64,000 nt of DNA from a virus (IMGVR_UViG_3300035204_001027:31512-95511); one strand, 5' to 3'. Positions 50,201-60,413 are shown, counted from the first letter of the stretch. Numbers and translations are program-made. The notes: generated from the letters alone by a model not told the origin.

Positions 50201-50976
50201 CTGTCGTAATAGAAGGCGGCGCAGGGCAAAACGCAACCGCTTCGGCAGAGATGCTAACTAATAGCTTAACCGATACAACTGGTTACTTAGGTAATTTAAC
50301 ATTATCAACCAATGGCTCTGGCTACTATTATGAACCGAAAATAACATTTACCGGGGGAGCAGATGATCCTAGCGAATTAGTTCAAGCAACCGCTAAGGCT
50401 CATATAGAAACGGGGCAAACGATCCGTTATTCTATACCTCCTCAAAGTGGGCTTTTCTTATTGCAGCCCGGATTAAAATTAGAGAATTTATACAACATAA
50501 GAGCAGCGTCTCCCGCTTCTCACTTGTCTAAAATACAACTTTATGGATACGTCAATAGATTAGAAAAAGGAACTCAAGGTTCTTCGTTTTACCATGATAA
50601 CCCTTATCAAATTTCTGGTTCACTTGATTGCGTTCCTTTAACCGCTCTTGTTGGTAACGCCGCTTCTGGAGACACGGTTTTGTCCGTTGCAAACGAAGAA
50701 GGTTTTGTAAATGGAAATGAGGTTACTATAAATCCATATAGCACAAACGAAGAGCAAGTGACCATTACCGGATTTGGTGCATCATTTAAAATTTCTGGTT
50801 CTGGAGGAGGAGCGGGCATTTTCCAAGCTCATTCTGCGGGAGAAAGGATTATTCTAAAAGCAGCGGGTAGTCTCCCGTCTGGTAGCGGCGGTAGTAGCGG
50901 TGGTAATAACGGTGGTAGTAGCGGTGGCGATCCTTATGGTGGAGAAAGTGGTGGTGGCACGATAGACCCACCCTAA
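47221..50976 (+). CDS. Multidomain virion protein: YHYH domain, RCC1 repeats, GSGY repeats, two 'ELW-W' modules
   Basis: GH----G-YHYH, HSPIIGYAFDG-PIYGP and LD--N motifs, plus RCC1 repeats. Confidence 0.82.
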   Translation: MAYLNKLKLSESAFGRGIKIGATHGDFDTLIHSVNCEEKDVQELWVWAHNESTSSIDIYLCLYKPDSNEKTSYKVSIPPGLENSPTLVSPGLVIKNGSKVKAYTSVSDTITIYGYVNQLNQTTILAELKGFGSNAFGESTHPSIGGKNHEILFNKNGETIACGNQWNLAVRPNGSIFSWGAGNIVNQLLLTGDNSPWKNNVDVYGTNDSTIVASNGIPPHDTPYKNLNATNPGGNPNKAYAQDHYFILPKTPEVTGYGIQTPRGNVGVAIDGIPFDTRTAETWSGMHQWEEVGGPNDLGIDSCGGHTQPNGKYHYHINPKCLYSVNTGSHSPIIGYAFDGLPIYGPIGYTEANNTGSGVSVMESSYRLKQGNRPSGSGIGPGGVYDGKYVADYEYVTGLGTLDKANARFAITPEHPTGSWHYHTTVTGITSQNTHGISVYPFVVGPMFKGTVKACSISGVCDRPVVFPPKALSNISQIEVGENHAIALKSDGGIVTWGDNTYGQCQQPTQLSNGVTKISAGADHSMAIQAGKIISWGRNDLGQVDGVAAPRLVSGVIMTNSGSNYSLPPSVSIDGGGGEGAAGTAVLAGRALASVSLVTGGSDYTQAPTILFEGGGGQGASGVATLTSSSENPALGYVSNVTLTNSGSGYTSAPIVRFIDDSSACLTQAVCGTGASGIVNLDVTSVSGVLITNAGNGYSTAPSILLTNDGEDNTGGDAAGTVVISGVETGLAYPLSMGGAEISGATHLSAGVKHSLAIVNNAQGNKVFSSWGDNTHGQINAPNLLNGVETPKDIKAGGYHGIAIVYNNSENQNYATAWGGQGTQNYDQASVPVYAKLGTTNIIGDKNLQIAAGSQHSLILNPDGTISGFGNNGDGRSTGGASFVGVNSVIAGPMSQHSFSTINDVSSKQCLLRSSGGAAISVDKEVFDWKTCADKTHIHRTSDNPNGVEELWLWAYNTSSTSGTLELYLEPKEVSTVTGISMIDGGAGYTANPTVVIEGGAGQNATASAEMLTNSLTDTTGYLGNLTLSTNGSGYYYEPKITFTGGADDPSELVQATAKAHIETGQTIRYSIPPQSGLFLLQPGLKLENLYNIRAASPASHLSKIQLYGYVNRLEKGTQGSSFYHDNPYQISGSLDCVPLTALVGNAASGDTVLSVANEEGFVNGNEVTINPYSTNEEQVTITGFGASFKISGSGGGAGIFQAHSAGERIILKAAGSLPSGSGGSSGGNNGGSSGGDPYGGESGGGTIDPP

Positions 50977-51022
50977 TTCAAATTAATTTAGTTCTTTAAG
51001 CGTTTATCTTATATTATAAGGT

Positions 51023-52306
51023 ATGAAAATTTTCGTACAAATCGCGTCATATCGCGATCCAGAATTAGTTCCAACAATTAAAGATTGCATAGAAAACGCA
51101 AAGTATCCAGAAGATTTAACATTTGGAATTTGCTGGCAAAGAGACGAATCAGAAGATCTATCGGAATATCAAAACGACCCCAGATTTAGAATATTAGAAT
51201 ATAATTGGAAAGAAAGCAAGGGGCTTTGTTGGGCTAGGCATTTAATTCAAAAATTATACAGAGGAGAAGAGTACACGCTGCAGTTAGATTCTCATCATAG
51301 GTTTGCAAAAAACTGGGATGAAAAATTAATAAAAATGATGGAGCTTACTGGGAGCGAAAAGCCCATTTTAACTTCTTACGCGGGCATGTATAATCCGGAG
51401 GGAAATAAAAAATTAAATATAGATCCATATAAAGTCATTATGGATAAATTTACGCCCGAGGGAACTATACTTTTTCGGCCATGGGGAATTAATAATTATG
51501 AAGAATTAAAAAAACCTATCCCGGCGAGAGTCGTTTCTGGGCACTTCTTTTTCACAATAGGAAGGCACTGTGAAGATTATAAATATGATCCAAATCTATA
51601 TTTCGCAGGGGATGAGATAAGCTTGTCTATAAGATCTTATACATTGGGTTATGATTTATTTCACCCTCACGAAACAGTTGTATGGCACGAATATACTAGA
51701 AAATACAGAACTAAGCATTGGTCTGATCACAATAAAGGTTTAGTAAAAAAAGGACAAACTGATTTAGCTTGGCATGAAAGGGATGTTATAAGTAAAAAAC
51801 GATTAAGGCACATGTTAAGAGAGGAAAACGAAAATGTAAATTTAGGAGAATACGACGTAGGAGACAAGAGGTCTCATCACGAATACGAGCTATATGCAGG
51901 GGTAGATTTCGCCAATAAAGTTATTCACGAACGAGCCAAGACAGGAGAAGATCCCGTTATAGTCTCCGAAGAGCAATGGGTGAAAGACTCTCAACAAGCG
52001 ATTAAGGCACAAGACCTAGATAAAGAATGGCCTATCCATGCGCAATGGGATATAAACAAAATACCAGATGATAATTATAAGTTTTGGTATTTCGGAGTAG
52101 AAGACCAACATGAAAAGATACTTTTTAGAAAAGATTTTAATCCAGAGGACGACCCCTATATCATAAGTAAAAAAATAAATAATTTTACCACAGTTATCAA
52201 AAGCCGACGTAAACCTAAAAAATGGGTCCTTTGGGTCTATAGTAATACCCGAGGAGGGTGGGCAGAAAGAATAGAAAAGGACATTAATGTTGCTGAATTT
52301 CGATGA
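51023..52306 (+). CDS. GT60-like (Skp1 hydroxyproline GlcNAc-transferase family) glycosyltransferase
   Basis: IFVQIASYRDPE, G--WAR, LQ-DSH-RF---WD and F-G-EI----R-YT-GYD motifs. Confidence 0.82.
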   Translation: MKIFVQIASYRDPELVPTIKDCIENAKYPEDLTFGICWQRDESEDLSEYQNDPRFRILEYNWKESKGLCWARHLIQKLYRGEEYTLQLDSHHRFAKNWDEKLIKMMELTGSEKPILTSYAGMYNPEGNKKLNIDPYKVIMDKFTPEGTILFRPWGINNYEELKKPIPARVVSGHFFFTIGRHCEDYKYDPNLYFAGDEISLSIRSYTLGYDLFHPHETVVWHEYTRKYRTKHWSDHNKGLVKKGQTDLAWHERDVISKKRLRHMLREENENVNLGEYDVGDKRSHHEYELYAGVDFANKVIHERAKTGEDPVIVSEEQWVKDSQQAIKAQDLDKEWPIHAQWDINKIPDDNYKFWYFGVEDQHEKILFRKDFNPEDDPYIISKKINNFTTVIKSRRKPKKWVLWVYSNTRGGWAERIEKDINVAEFR

Positions 52307-54495
52307 AAATACCCCAAAATATAGCTGTTATTTTTATTGGGTTGGGTAAGTATTCTTTGTTCTATGATAGGTTTTATGAATCTATACAAGAGAATTTTTT
52401 ACCCGATACAAAGAAGCAATTCTTTATATTTAGTGACGAAGATTTTCTTGTAAGAGGGCGTGTCGCTGATTATTCTGATGACGAAACTTTCATAAAGACT
52501 GGAACATTCAATTCAGCACGCGACATTAAGCTTCATAAATTTCATTTTATAAAATCAGCTTGGGACAAAATAAAAGAGTATGAATATGTAGTTTATTTCG
52601 ACGCGGACAATCTAGTCAGGCAACCCATTAAAGAGGAAGATTTTTTTAATCATAACAAGGCGCTTGTCGGCGTGGTACACCCTTGGGGCAGCATAAGAGA
52701 TTCTAAGGAGAAATTCGAATCAAACCCATTATCCGGAGCATTTATAGAAGAAGATAAAATTAATATACTTTATCACCAAAGCTGTTTTTGGGGAGGTACA
52801 ACCTCGAAAATTGAAGAGATGGTTAATGAGTGTTATGACTCTTTAGAGAAAGATATAGAAACGGGTCACAAAAATAAAGATAAAATTTGTGACGAGGTTC
52901 ATGTTAATAGGTATTTCGCTTTAAACGAGGAGAACCTACACTCTTTAGGGAAGGAATACGCTAATCCCGGTGAAGCTTACCAAGCCGAAAGGAACGCGGT
53001 GAAAAAACCTTTTGGTAATGATATAATAATATCACATGACAACGCGAATCAAACTTACAAAAATTCCCTACTCCTTTTAGAGCAACAGAAAGAAAATAAA
53101 AGAAATTTTAATTTTGCTGGGTGGGCTCAGGTTAAAGACAATACAAAAGCTACGTTCGAAATGTTAAAAAAATTTAAGAACGTAAATCCAGATGCTCATG
53201 TACATATAACAAACAGTGGGCAAAAAAATTACGAGCCGATATACAAGGGGTTTCATTGTTCGTATAACGACGACAAATCAATAAAGGGGTGGTCATCGGG
53301 AAACAGAGTCGTAGAGTATGATATATGGTCTTGGTTGAATAATCTAAAAGAAGTTTGTTCTATTTATTTAAAAAATTATGACTGGATTGTGCTGCTAGAG
53401 GATGATGTAGAATCATTTTGTAAGCCGCAAAAGGAACCAGAATATGCATTAGGAGGTCCAAATGGACCAAGCATGGGAGATAGTTTATACAAAATAATAT
53501 CAGAAAAATATCCAGACAGAGAACTACCAAAAAGATACACTGGTTGTGGAGGCTCTCTTCTAAATAGAAAGTGTTTCATAAAATGCATGGAAACTATGAC
53601 CGAGGAAAAATGGAGAGAATATACAAAAATAGATAGAAAATTAGAAATTTATGCAGATATTGCTCTTTCTTTTCTACTTATGCAAGAGGGGTACCCAGTG
53701 GGAGAGTGGAACGAATTTACGGGTTGGACAGATGAGAGAAAAGAGTATTATGCATTTGCGCATGGTAATAAAGAGTTCTATGGGGAAGAGCTAAAAGAAG
53801 AGGATTTAGAAGAACTAAACTACATAAGATACAGTAAGATATATATCAATGACCGCGTTCGTACGACATCTAATCAAAATTTTGTACCGAAGGAAAGACT
53901 TTCTAAAATCAATGATCACTCTTTCTTTAGTTATTTACTTTCCAAAAATGGAGTATGTCTAGATGTGGGCTGCAGAAATTTTGAATTTTCAAAAGTTATA
54001 AAAGATAGTTTTTCTAAAATTATAGCGATAGATCCGGGGCCAGATATCGAACCCCCAGAAGACGAAAAGATTATATTCCTTAATCAGGCTCTAACTACTT
54101 CTGATCTAAGTAGCGTTTATCTAGTTAGAGATGGTAGGTTAACTTGGCACTACATATCTTTTGAAAAAATTTCTCATAATTGTTTAAAAGTACCGAATAT
54201 AAGCTTAGACAATTTAATGAAGACTTTGAAAATAAAAGAGTTTGATTTGATCAAATTAGATTGCGAGGGGTCAGAGTACTCCCTAATGTATTGGTTAGCT
54301 AAGCATCCGGTAGCAAAGCAAATCTCTGTTAATTTCCACGATTGGTGCAATAGGAACCCTTACTCTGATCCTGAGAATTATTATAGCAAACTGTTTGAGA
54401 AGCTAAGGAAAAATTACCATATCTACCAACATAAGAAAAACAAAAAAGGAGACGGATCTTCGAATTACGACGACTCTCTTTTCATAAGGAAATAA
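52303..54495 (+). CDS. GT6 (ABO-like) glycosyltransferase + second GT-A-like domain + FkbM-type methyltransferase
   Basis: GKY--F...FLP...F-D, DAD, HP, FWGG and DE-H-NRYF (GT6); LLEDDV (second domain); LDVG...KLDCEGSEY (FkbM). Confidence 0.8.
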   Translation: MKIPQNIAVIFIGLGKYSLFYDRFYESIQENFLPDTKKQFFIFSDEDFLVRGRVADYSDDETFIKTGTFNSARDIKLHKFHFIKSAWDKIKEYEYVVYFDADNLVRQPIKEEDFFNHNKALVGVVHPWGSIRDSKEKFESNPLSGAFIEEDKINILYHQSCFWGGTTSKIEEMVNECYDSLEKDIETGHKNKDKICDEVHVNRYFALNEENLHSLGKEYANPGEAYQAERNAVKKPFGNDIIISHDNANQTYKNSLLLLEQQKENKRNFNFAGWAQVKDNTKATFEMLKKFKNVNPDAHVHITNSGQKNYEPIYKGFHCSYNDDKSIKGWSSGNRVVEYDIWSWLNNLKEVCSIYLKNYDWIVLLEDDVESFCKPQKEPEYALGGPNGPSMGDSLYKIISEKYPDRELPKRYTGCGGSLLNRKCFIKCMETMTEEKWREYTKIDRKLEIYADIALSFLLMQEGYPVGEWNEFTGWTDERKEYYAFAHGNKEFYGEELKEEDLEELNYIRYSKIYINDRVRTTSNQNFVPKERLSKINDHSFFSYLLSKNGVCLDVGCRNFEFSKVIKDSFSKIIAIDPGPDIEPPEDEKIIFLNQALTTSDLSSVYLVRDGRLTWHYISFEKISHNCLKVPNISLDNLMKTLKIKEFDLIKLDCEGSEYSLMYWLAKHPVAKQISVNFHDWCNRNPYSDPENYYSKLFEKLRKNYHIYQHKKNKKGDGSSNYDDSLFIRK

Positions 54496-54522
54496 AAAAG
54501 TGAATAGATCGTCAAATATAAA

Positions 54523-56592
54523 ATGAAATTATACGACTGCTTCTTATTTAATAACGAATTAGATCTACTAGAGATTAGATTGAAATACCTCTGGGACGTG
54601 GTAGATATATTTGTAATTGTTGAATCAGACACGACGTTTGCAGGTAAAGAAAAGCCTTCCTATTTTCAAGAAAATATAAAAAGATTTGAATGGGCCAAGT
54701 CTAAAATAAAACACATAGTAAGAAAAGTAGATAGAAGCGAAATAGATTTTTCTGATGAAAGCGCTGAGGCCTCTTTGCATCATGCCACTTTTAGGTGGGA
54801 CATAGAGAGAGCACAAAGGAATCATTTAGAAGTCGGAGTGACTGATGCTAAGGATGAAGATTTAGTGATTCTTGGGGACGTAGATGAAATACCCAGAAAA
54901 AGTATAGTACAAAAAATACTTAAAGAAGGTTTGCCTAGAGACGATAAGCCGATGTTCTTTAATCTTATTAACTGTTATTATTTTCTAAATTGCCAAGGGG
55001 TCGGGGAGAATAGATGGTTCCCTTGCTCTTCTATTTTCAAAAAAGAGATACTGGGTAAACCATTAGTTACTTCTGATGCTGGATTTACTTTAGTCGATGA
55101 AGAAGGTATTCCAGATGATTTACCCGATTTTATTAAAAAAGATTTACTAGCCAATAAAGAGGCTATTGCTAATCAATATCCCCCAGCTACATTACAGAAA
55201 ATAAGAGACGCTCGGTGGACTTACGATATTTATGAAAATGGTGGGTGGCATTTTAGCTACGTAGGTAACATTGAATTTATAAAGAATAAAATAGGCTCTA
55301 TATCTCATACGGAATATGATACCCCTGAATATAAAAATAACGAGAGAATAGAGAGGGCTATAGCCGAAGGTGAAGATTTATTCGGAAGAGAGGGACATAA
55401 ATTTAAATATGTAGACATAAATAATTCCCCCGACTATGATGACGAATTAAACGACATAATCAAAGATTATCCGTCTTTAGTGAAAGGGGTAAAGAAGGAA
55501 ACGGCTAAGGTCTGTTTAAATATGATTGTTAAGAATGAATCAGAGATTATAGAAAGATGTTTAAGGTCGGTTGCTCCCCATGTAGATTGTTATGTAATTT
55601 GTGACACGGGATCCACGGACGACACAAAGAAGAAGATAGTCGACATAATGAAAGAGTATGGTGTACCCGGAGAAGTGCATGATATAGAATTTAAAAATTT
55701 TCAATATGCTAGAAATAAAGCTTTAGAGCTAGCAAAAGCTTCTGATTTGGATTTTAATTATATTTTATTAGACGATGCAGATATGGAGTTCCAGATAAAT
55801 GATAACAATTGGAGAGAGAAGTTGAATGCTGATTGCTATACAGTAAGGCAATATAACGCTATGTCTTATTACAATACAAGAGTCTTAAAAAGGAGTATTG
55901 ACACTAAATATGTAGGAGTTACTCATGAGTATGTAGATTGCAAAGGCAGTCATAGAGAAAGACTGGATAATGTACAGTATTATGATCACGCTTGTGGGTC
56001 TAGCAGAAAAGAAAAATTTACAAGAGATTGCAGGCTCTTGACTGAGGGTCTAAAAAAAGAGAAGAAGGGGTCCGCCTTGCATACGAGGTATCTGTTTTAT
56101 TTGGCTCAAACATATTTTGACATGGGCGAGCATTTAAAAAGCGTAGAATGGTATAAGAAGAGGATACATGCTGGTGGCTGGCCAGAGGAGGTGTATTATT
56201 CTTGGTATAGAATTGGGCTAGCTTATAAATTGTTGGGCGATGAAAAAGAGATGCTTCATGAGTCTTTGGGGGCTTACAACTATCGCCCGGGTAGGATCGA
56301 GCCTCTATATGAGCTCGCGGCCTATTATAGGGTTAAAGAAAAGTATCATTCTGCTTATGCATTTGCAAAGATGGCTTGTACAATGGACTATCCAAAAGAC
56401 GATGATTTATTCGTTTCTAAAGATGTTTATTTTTGGAAAAGGTGGGATGAGCTAGCTATCGCCGCTTATTGGATAGGCTCTTATCAAGAAAGTTATGATA
56501 TTTACCAGATGTTATCTAAAGAAAATCTAATCCCTAATGATCAATTAGATAGAGTAAGAAAAAATATAAAATATGCAGAGGATAAATTATGA
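54523..56592 (+). CDS. GT17-like + GT2/TPR glycosyltransferase fusion
   Basis: YDCF-F-NELDLLEIRL, DVDEIP and GWHFSY (GT17); CLNMIVKNE...CDTGSTD, DAD, VTHE and TPR-like helices (GT2). Confidence 0.85.
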   Translation: MKLYDCFLFNNELDLLEIRLKYLWDVVDIFVIVESDTTFAGKEKPSYFQENIKRFEWAKSKIKHIVRKVDRSEIDFSDESAEASLHHATFRWDIERAQRNHLEVGVTDAKDEDLVILGDVDEIPRKSIVQKILKEGLPRDDKPMFFNLINCYYFLNCQGVGENRWFPCSSIFKKEILGKPLVTSDAGFTLVDEEGIPDDLPDFIKKDLLANKEAIANQYPPATLQKIRDARWTYDIYENGGWHFSYVGNIEFIKNKIGSISHTEYDTPEYKNNERIERAIAEGEDLFGREGHKFKYVDINNSPDYDDELNDIIKDYPSLVKGVKKETAKVCLNMIVKNESEIIERCLRSVAPHVDCYVICDTGSTDDTKKKIVDIMKEYGVPGEVHDIEFKNFQYARNKALELAKASDLDFNYILLDDADMEFQINDNNWREKLNADCYTVRQYNAMSYYNTRVLKRSIDTKYVGVTHEYVDCKGSHRERLDNVQYYDHACGSSRKEKFTRDCRLLTEGLKKEKKGSALHTRYLFYLAQTYFDMGEHLKSVEWYKKRIHAGGWPEEVYYSWYRIGLAYKLLGDEKEMLHESLGAYNYRPGRIEPLYELAAYYRVKEKYHSAYAFAKMACTMDYPKDDDLFVSKDVYFWKRWDELAIAAYWIGSYQESYDIYQMLSKENLIPNDQLDRVRKNIKYAEDKL

Positions 56593-56801
56593 TAAATACG
56601 ACAAGCGAGAAAGACCTGCATGCCTCAGGGGGGCAGAATTACTACGATTATCTACTAGATCAATGCTCCCAACCGCAACTAGAGAAAGAAGAATCGAAAG
56701 ACCATAAGCCGAATAACCCCTTAATTATAGAAAGGTGGGGAAAGAAATTAATATACAATGGCCACGTGGGGACTTTTGTAGATTACAATAGAAATGAGTG
56801 A
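56589..56801 (+). CDS. Hypothetical protein
   Basis: ATGA-coupled ORF. Confidence 0.5.
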   Translation: MINTTSEKDLHASGGQNYYDYLLDQCSQPQLEKEESKDHKPNNPLIIERWGKKLIYNGHVGTFVDYNRNE

Positions 56802-58806
56802 GATAATTTCATTATTAAAAAGAGAAAGTCGATTGCAAAAAGAATTAGAAAGTTCTTCAGCTGGCGGGTTTAGGTTAAAAGAATACTCTAGCAGTAAGTG
56901 CGCTGTTATAGTGGAGCCTAGAAATCATGAAATGCTTGAGCCAGTTATAAGGAATATAATGCCTCGTTTAAATAAAAATTGGGAATTCGATAAAAAAGAG
57001 AACAACAAATGGAATTTACATATATTTTGCGGTAACCAAAATCATGAGCTTGTAAAAAGTCTTTTGCCAAATTGGAAGTATAAGATAACTAATATGGAGG
57101 TAGATGATTTGACTCGTGAAGAATATAGCTCTATGCTAATGAATAGAGATTTTTGGGAGAAAATCGATGCAGAAGACATATTAATTTTTCAAACAGATTG
57201 CGCTATTTTCAATGGTTTTGATATCGATCATTGGTTAGATAAAGGGTATGGCTATATTGGGGCGGCTTATAGTTGGGGACCTAGGGATGAGGATGGTAAT
57301 TTAATACGAGATTCAATTTGTCCGCCGGGCAAGTGGTTTAATATGAACGGAGGCTTTTCTTTGAGAAAAAAAAGCGCAATGTTGAAATGTATAGAAGAAG
57401 TAACCTTACAAGACATTATAAAGCATAGAAAAGAGAATGATTTAGACACGTCGTATTTTGAACAAGTAAGCGGGGACCCCTTTAAAGAGGGGCTCGATAT
57501 CGAAAAGTCTATTAAGTTTTTAGCACAAAGCGAGTCTGTACATGAAGATACATTTTTCGACGCTGCTTTATCTGTGCTTAATATGGATACAGAATTATGC
57601 GATAAAGATTCTTTTGAGTTCGCCTATCAACATAAATACTCCGATGCTAGTCTCGATGCCAAAGCAATACATGCGTACGAAAGCTATTGTACAGATGAAG
57701 ATCAGAGGTTCTTTTGTAGAAATCATCAAGGACACAAGCCTAAATTATTATTTTACGCTGGGTACGGATACGAACCATTTAATGGAGAAGATTACTCTGG
57801 TAAAAAGGGCGTAAGAGGAAGCGAGATAGCTTTAGTAAAGATAGCTGAACAACTGACTTCTTATTATGATGTGTATATCTCTGGGCCTTGTATATCAAAT
57901 AATATATACAATAATGTTTCTTATTTTAATTCGGGAGAGGGAAAACTACAGTGGTTTTTAGATAACGTAGATATACATACCGTCATTGTAAATAGATATA
58001 TACATTTTTTTGTAGATTATACTAGTCGTGCAAAAAAGCACTTTGTGTGGCTGCATGATATGTGCTATCAACCATTTTGGAATGGTCAGGAATTTCCAGA
58101 GTTAGGCAAACATTTAATTAATAATCTATTAGATAAAATCAATGGTTTTATATGCTTGTCAGATTGGCATATCAATAATATTAAAGATTTATACAACATA
58201 CCAGACGAAAAAATATATAAGATAGGAAATGGAATTGATGCAGAAATGTTTAAAATTAATACTCCAAAAGTAGAAAATAGATTTATATATTCTTCTCTAC
58301 CTGAAAGAGGATTGGAGATTTTATTAGATTGGTTCCCTGATATTGTAAAAGATTTACCAGATGCAGAATTGCACGTATTTACCGATAATGTTGATGAGCG
58401 CTTAGAGGCAAATATGAAAGCCACAGAAAATGTTTATTTCCATGGTAAAGTATCTTATGAAGATATAATTTCTGAGTTTATGAAAGCAGACGTTTGGTTG
58501 TATCCAAACACGTTTTTAGAGACGTTTTGCACTAGCGCTCTTGAAGCTCAAGCTTCTAACTGTATATGTGCGACGAGAGATTACGGGTCATTAGGAGAGG
58601 TCGTCGGAGCGCGGGGAATCGTTGTGGATGGTGATCCCGGGTCTAAAGAATTTAAAGAGAAAATTATTGAAAAATTATTAAATGTTCTAAAGGATAGAAA
58701 AGAGAAGGAAAAGCTTCAAAACGACGCTAAAAAATGGGCCCTAAGTAATTCTTGGGAAAATAGGGGGGTAGAATGGGTCAAAATATTAACAAAATTTCCT
58801 AATTAA
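56794..58806 (+). CDS. DUF5672 + GT4 (GT-B) glycosyltransferase fusion
   Basis: IVEPR, LIFQTD, YIGA, NGGFSLR and ED-FF (DUF5672); GSE, WLHD, NGID, RGL and ETFC--ALEA (GT4). Confidence 0.83.
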   Translation: MSEIISLLKRESRLQKELESSSAGGFRLKEYSSSKCAVIVEPRNHEMLEPVIRNIMPRLNKNWEFDKKENNKWNLHIFCGNQNHELVKSLLPNWKYKITNMEVDDLTREEYSSMLMNRDFWEKIDAEDILIFQTDCAIFNGFDIDHWLDKGYGYIGAAYSWGPRDEDGNLIRDSICPPGKWFNMNGGFSLRKKSAMLKCIEEVTLQDIIKHRKENDLDTSYFEQVSGDPFKEGLDIEKSIKFLAQSESVHEDTFFDAALSVLNMDTELCDKDSFEFAYQHKYSDASLDAKAIHAYESYCTDEDQRFFCRNHQGHKPKLLFYAGYGYEPFNGEDYSGKKGVRGSEIALVKIAEQLTSYYDVYISGPCISNNIYNNVSYFNSGEGKLQWFLDNVDIHTVIVNRYIHFFVDYTSRAKKHFVWLHDMCYQPFWNGQEFPELGKHLINNLLDKINGFICLSDWHINNIKDLYNIPDEKIYKIGNGIDAEMFKINTPKVENRFIYSSLPERGLEILLDWFPDIVKDLPDAELHVFTDNVDERLEANMKATENVYFHGKVSYEDIISEFMKADVWLYPNTFLETFCTSALEAQASNCICATRDYGSLGEVVGARGIVVDGDPGSKEFKEKIIEKLLNVLKDRKEKEKLQNDAKKWALSNSWENRGVEWVKILTKFPN

Positions 58807-58857
58807 TACTTCTGATCTTGCTTTTTTTACTGTAATATATAGAGTATATTACGTAAA

Positions 58858-60387
58858 ATGAAGGTTGTTGACATAGCTGATGAGATCTATCGCGATTTTT
58901 CTTACCCAAAGGAAATCGATATACCTGTTATATCGTATTGGTTAAGGACAAATCTCGGTCAATTAAACAATGCTCTTCAAACTCATTATGTATATGATGA
59001 AGCTTCGTTGGAGATCTTTGAATCCAGCACTCAAGAAGAAATAGGAGAAGCAGAGAAAGCTGTTCTTAAAAAGCTTTTTTTAATCTATTTCTGCGAAAAG
59101 CAAATAAGATCAACACTAGAGTCTACGAAAACAGATTCTATAGTTTCTATATCAGACGAAAAGACTAGTTTAACTAGGATAGACAAGACTCAAATAACGA
59201 AGACTTGGATAAGTACGAAAAAAGAAGCTAATGAAGATTTAGACAAAGTAATCTCTAATTATAAAAATAAGGGGTCAACGGTTCTCTCTCCTAAGACTAT
59301 AGGAATAAAAGGGAATGCTGTAGTAGATTGGGGGCCAACAGGTTTAACTGGGCCTGCTGGTCCAGCGGGGCCCGCAGGACCCTTAGGCCCAACTGGACCT
59401 CAAGGAGAATCGATTTTCGGGGGGCCCACTGGAGAGAGAGGGTTTCGAGGATTTACTGGAAGAACAGGGTCAACTGGTCCAGTCGGGTCGATTGGGCCTA
59501 GCGGTGCAAAAGGAAACACTGGGGATATTGGAGCTATTGGTCCAATTGGGCCAACTGGTCTAAGCGTAATTGGGCCAACTGGGCCCCAAGGAATTTCTGG
59601 TGTCACGGGTTCTACTGGGCATACAGGAAAAGAAGGACCTAGGGGGGTAGAGGGGCGCACTGGTCCCACTGGAGGAACTGGGCCTATTGGAGGAATAGGT
59701 CCCACAGGACCTTCTGATGGACCCACTGGTCCGATAGGATTTACTGGACCTGTTGGGCCAGCTTCTACAATAGAGGGCCCTACTGGACCAATAGGATTAA
59801 CAGGGCCTACTGGAGAAGTGGGACCGATTGGAAATACAGGACCGGTTGGAGAAGTGGGTCCCACTGGAGATATAGGACCACAAGGAGACCAAGGAATAAC
59901 TGGTCCCGTTGGAATAACAGGGCCTACAGGTAACGCTGGTTCAGATGGTTCAGATGGTTCAGATGGTTCAGATGGTGAGCGAGGAGCAACAGGATCACAA
60001 GGTATACAAGGCATTACGGGTTCTGTTGGCCCCCAAGGGGCACAAGGAATAATTGGCCCAATAGGACCACAGGGACCGCAAGGGGTCACGGGTCCATTAG
60101 GGCCACAAGGTGCGCAAGGCGTTACTGGTCCCGTGGGACCACAAGGTATACAAGGCGTTGCTGGTAGCACCGGTTCTCCCGGTCCTGCTGGAACTGGACC
60201 TACTGGTAGTGCTGGGCCCACTGGTTCAATTGGTGCAACAGGAGCAGCTTCGACGGTGGTTGGTCCGACGGGTCCGACAGGATACATAGGAGTGGATGGA
60301 GCAGTTGGTCCAACAGGCCCAATTGGTCCCACTGGGGCAGGAAAAAGCGGAAAAGTAGATATAAAACAAGTTTGGCTGTATAATTAA
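58858..60387 (+). CDS. Helical N-terminal domain + long collagen-like tract
   Basis: ~155-aa non-collagen N-terminus, then ~340 aa of Gly-X-Y. Confidence 0.82.
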   Translation: MKVVDIADEIYRDFSYPKEIDIPVISYWLRTNLGQLNNALQTHYVYDEASLEIFESSTQEEIGEAEKAVLKKLFLIYFCEKQIRSTLESTKTDSIVSISDEKTSLTRIDKTQITKTWISTKKEANEDLDKVISNYKNKGSTVLSPKTIGIKGNAVVDWGPTGLTGPAGPAGPAGPLGPTGPQGESIFGGPTGERGFRGFTGRTGSTGPVGSIGPSGAKGNTGDIGAIGPIGPTGLSVIGPTGPQGISGVTGSTGHTGKEGPRGVEGRTGPTGGTGPIGGIGPTGPSDGPTGPIGFTGPVGPASTIEGPTGPIGLTGPTGEVGPIGNTGPVGEVGPTGDIGPQGDQGITGPVGITGPTGNAGSDGSDGSDGSDGERGATGSQGIQGITGSVGPQGAQGIIGPIGPQGPQGVTGPLGPQGAQGVTGPVGPQGIQGVAGSTGSPGPAGTGPTGSAGPTGSIGATGAASTVVGPTGPTGYIGVDGAVGPTGPIGPTGAGKSGKVDIKQVWLYN

Positions 60388-60413
60388 ATAAGTGTAAATA
60401 GAGTGGGAAAAGT

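Larger units (their letters stand above)
8843..60397 (+). promoter_or_regulatory. Recurrent GTGTAA motif upstream of late/structural genes (candidate late promoter)
   Basis: Intergenic copies at 8843, 11040, 17510, 31064, 35125, 35530, 47191 and 60392. Further copies lie at 27595 and 29678 (gene ends before portal and tubulin) and 12476-81 (minus strand), with a CTGTAA variant at 58830. Confidence 0.7.
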
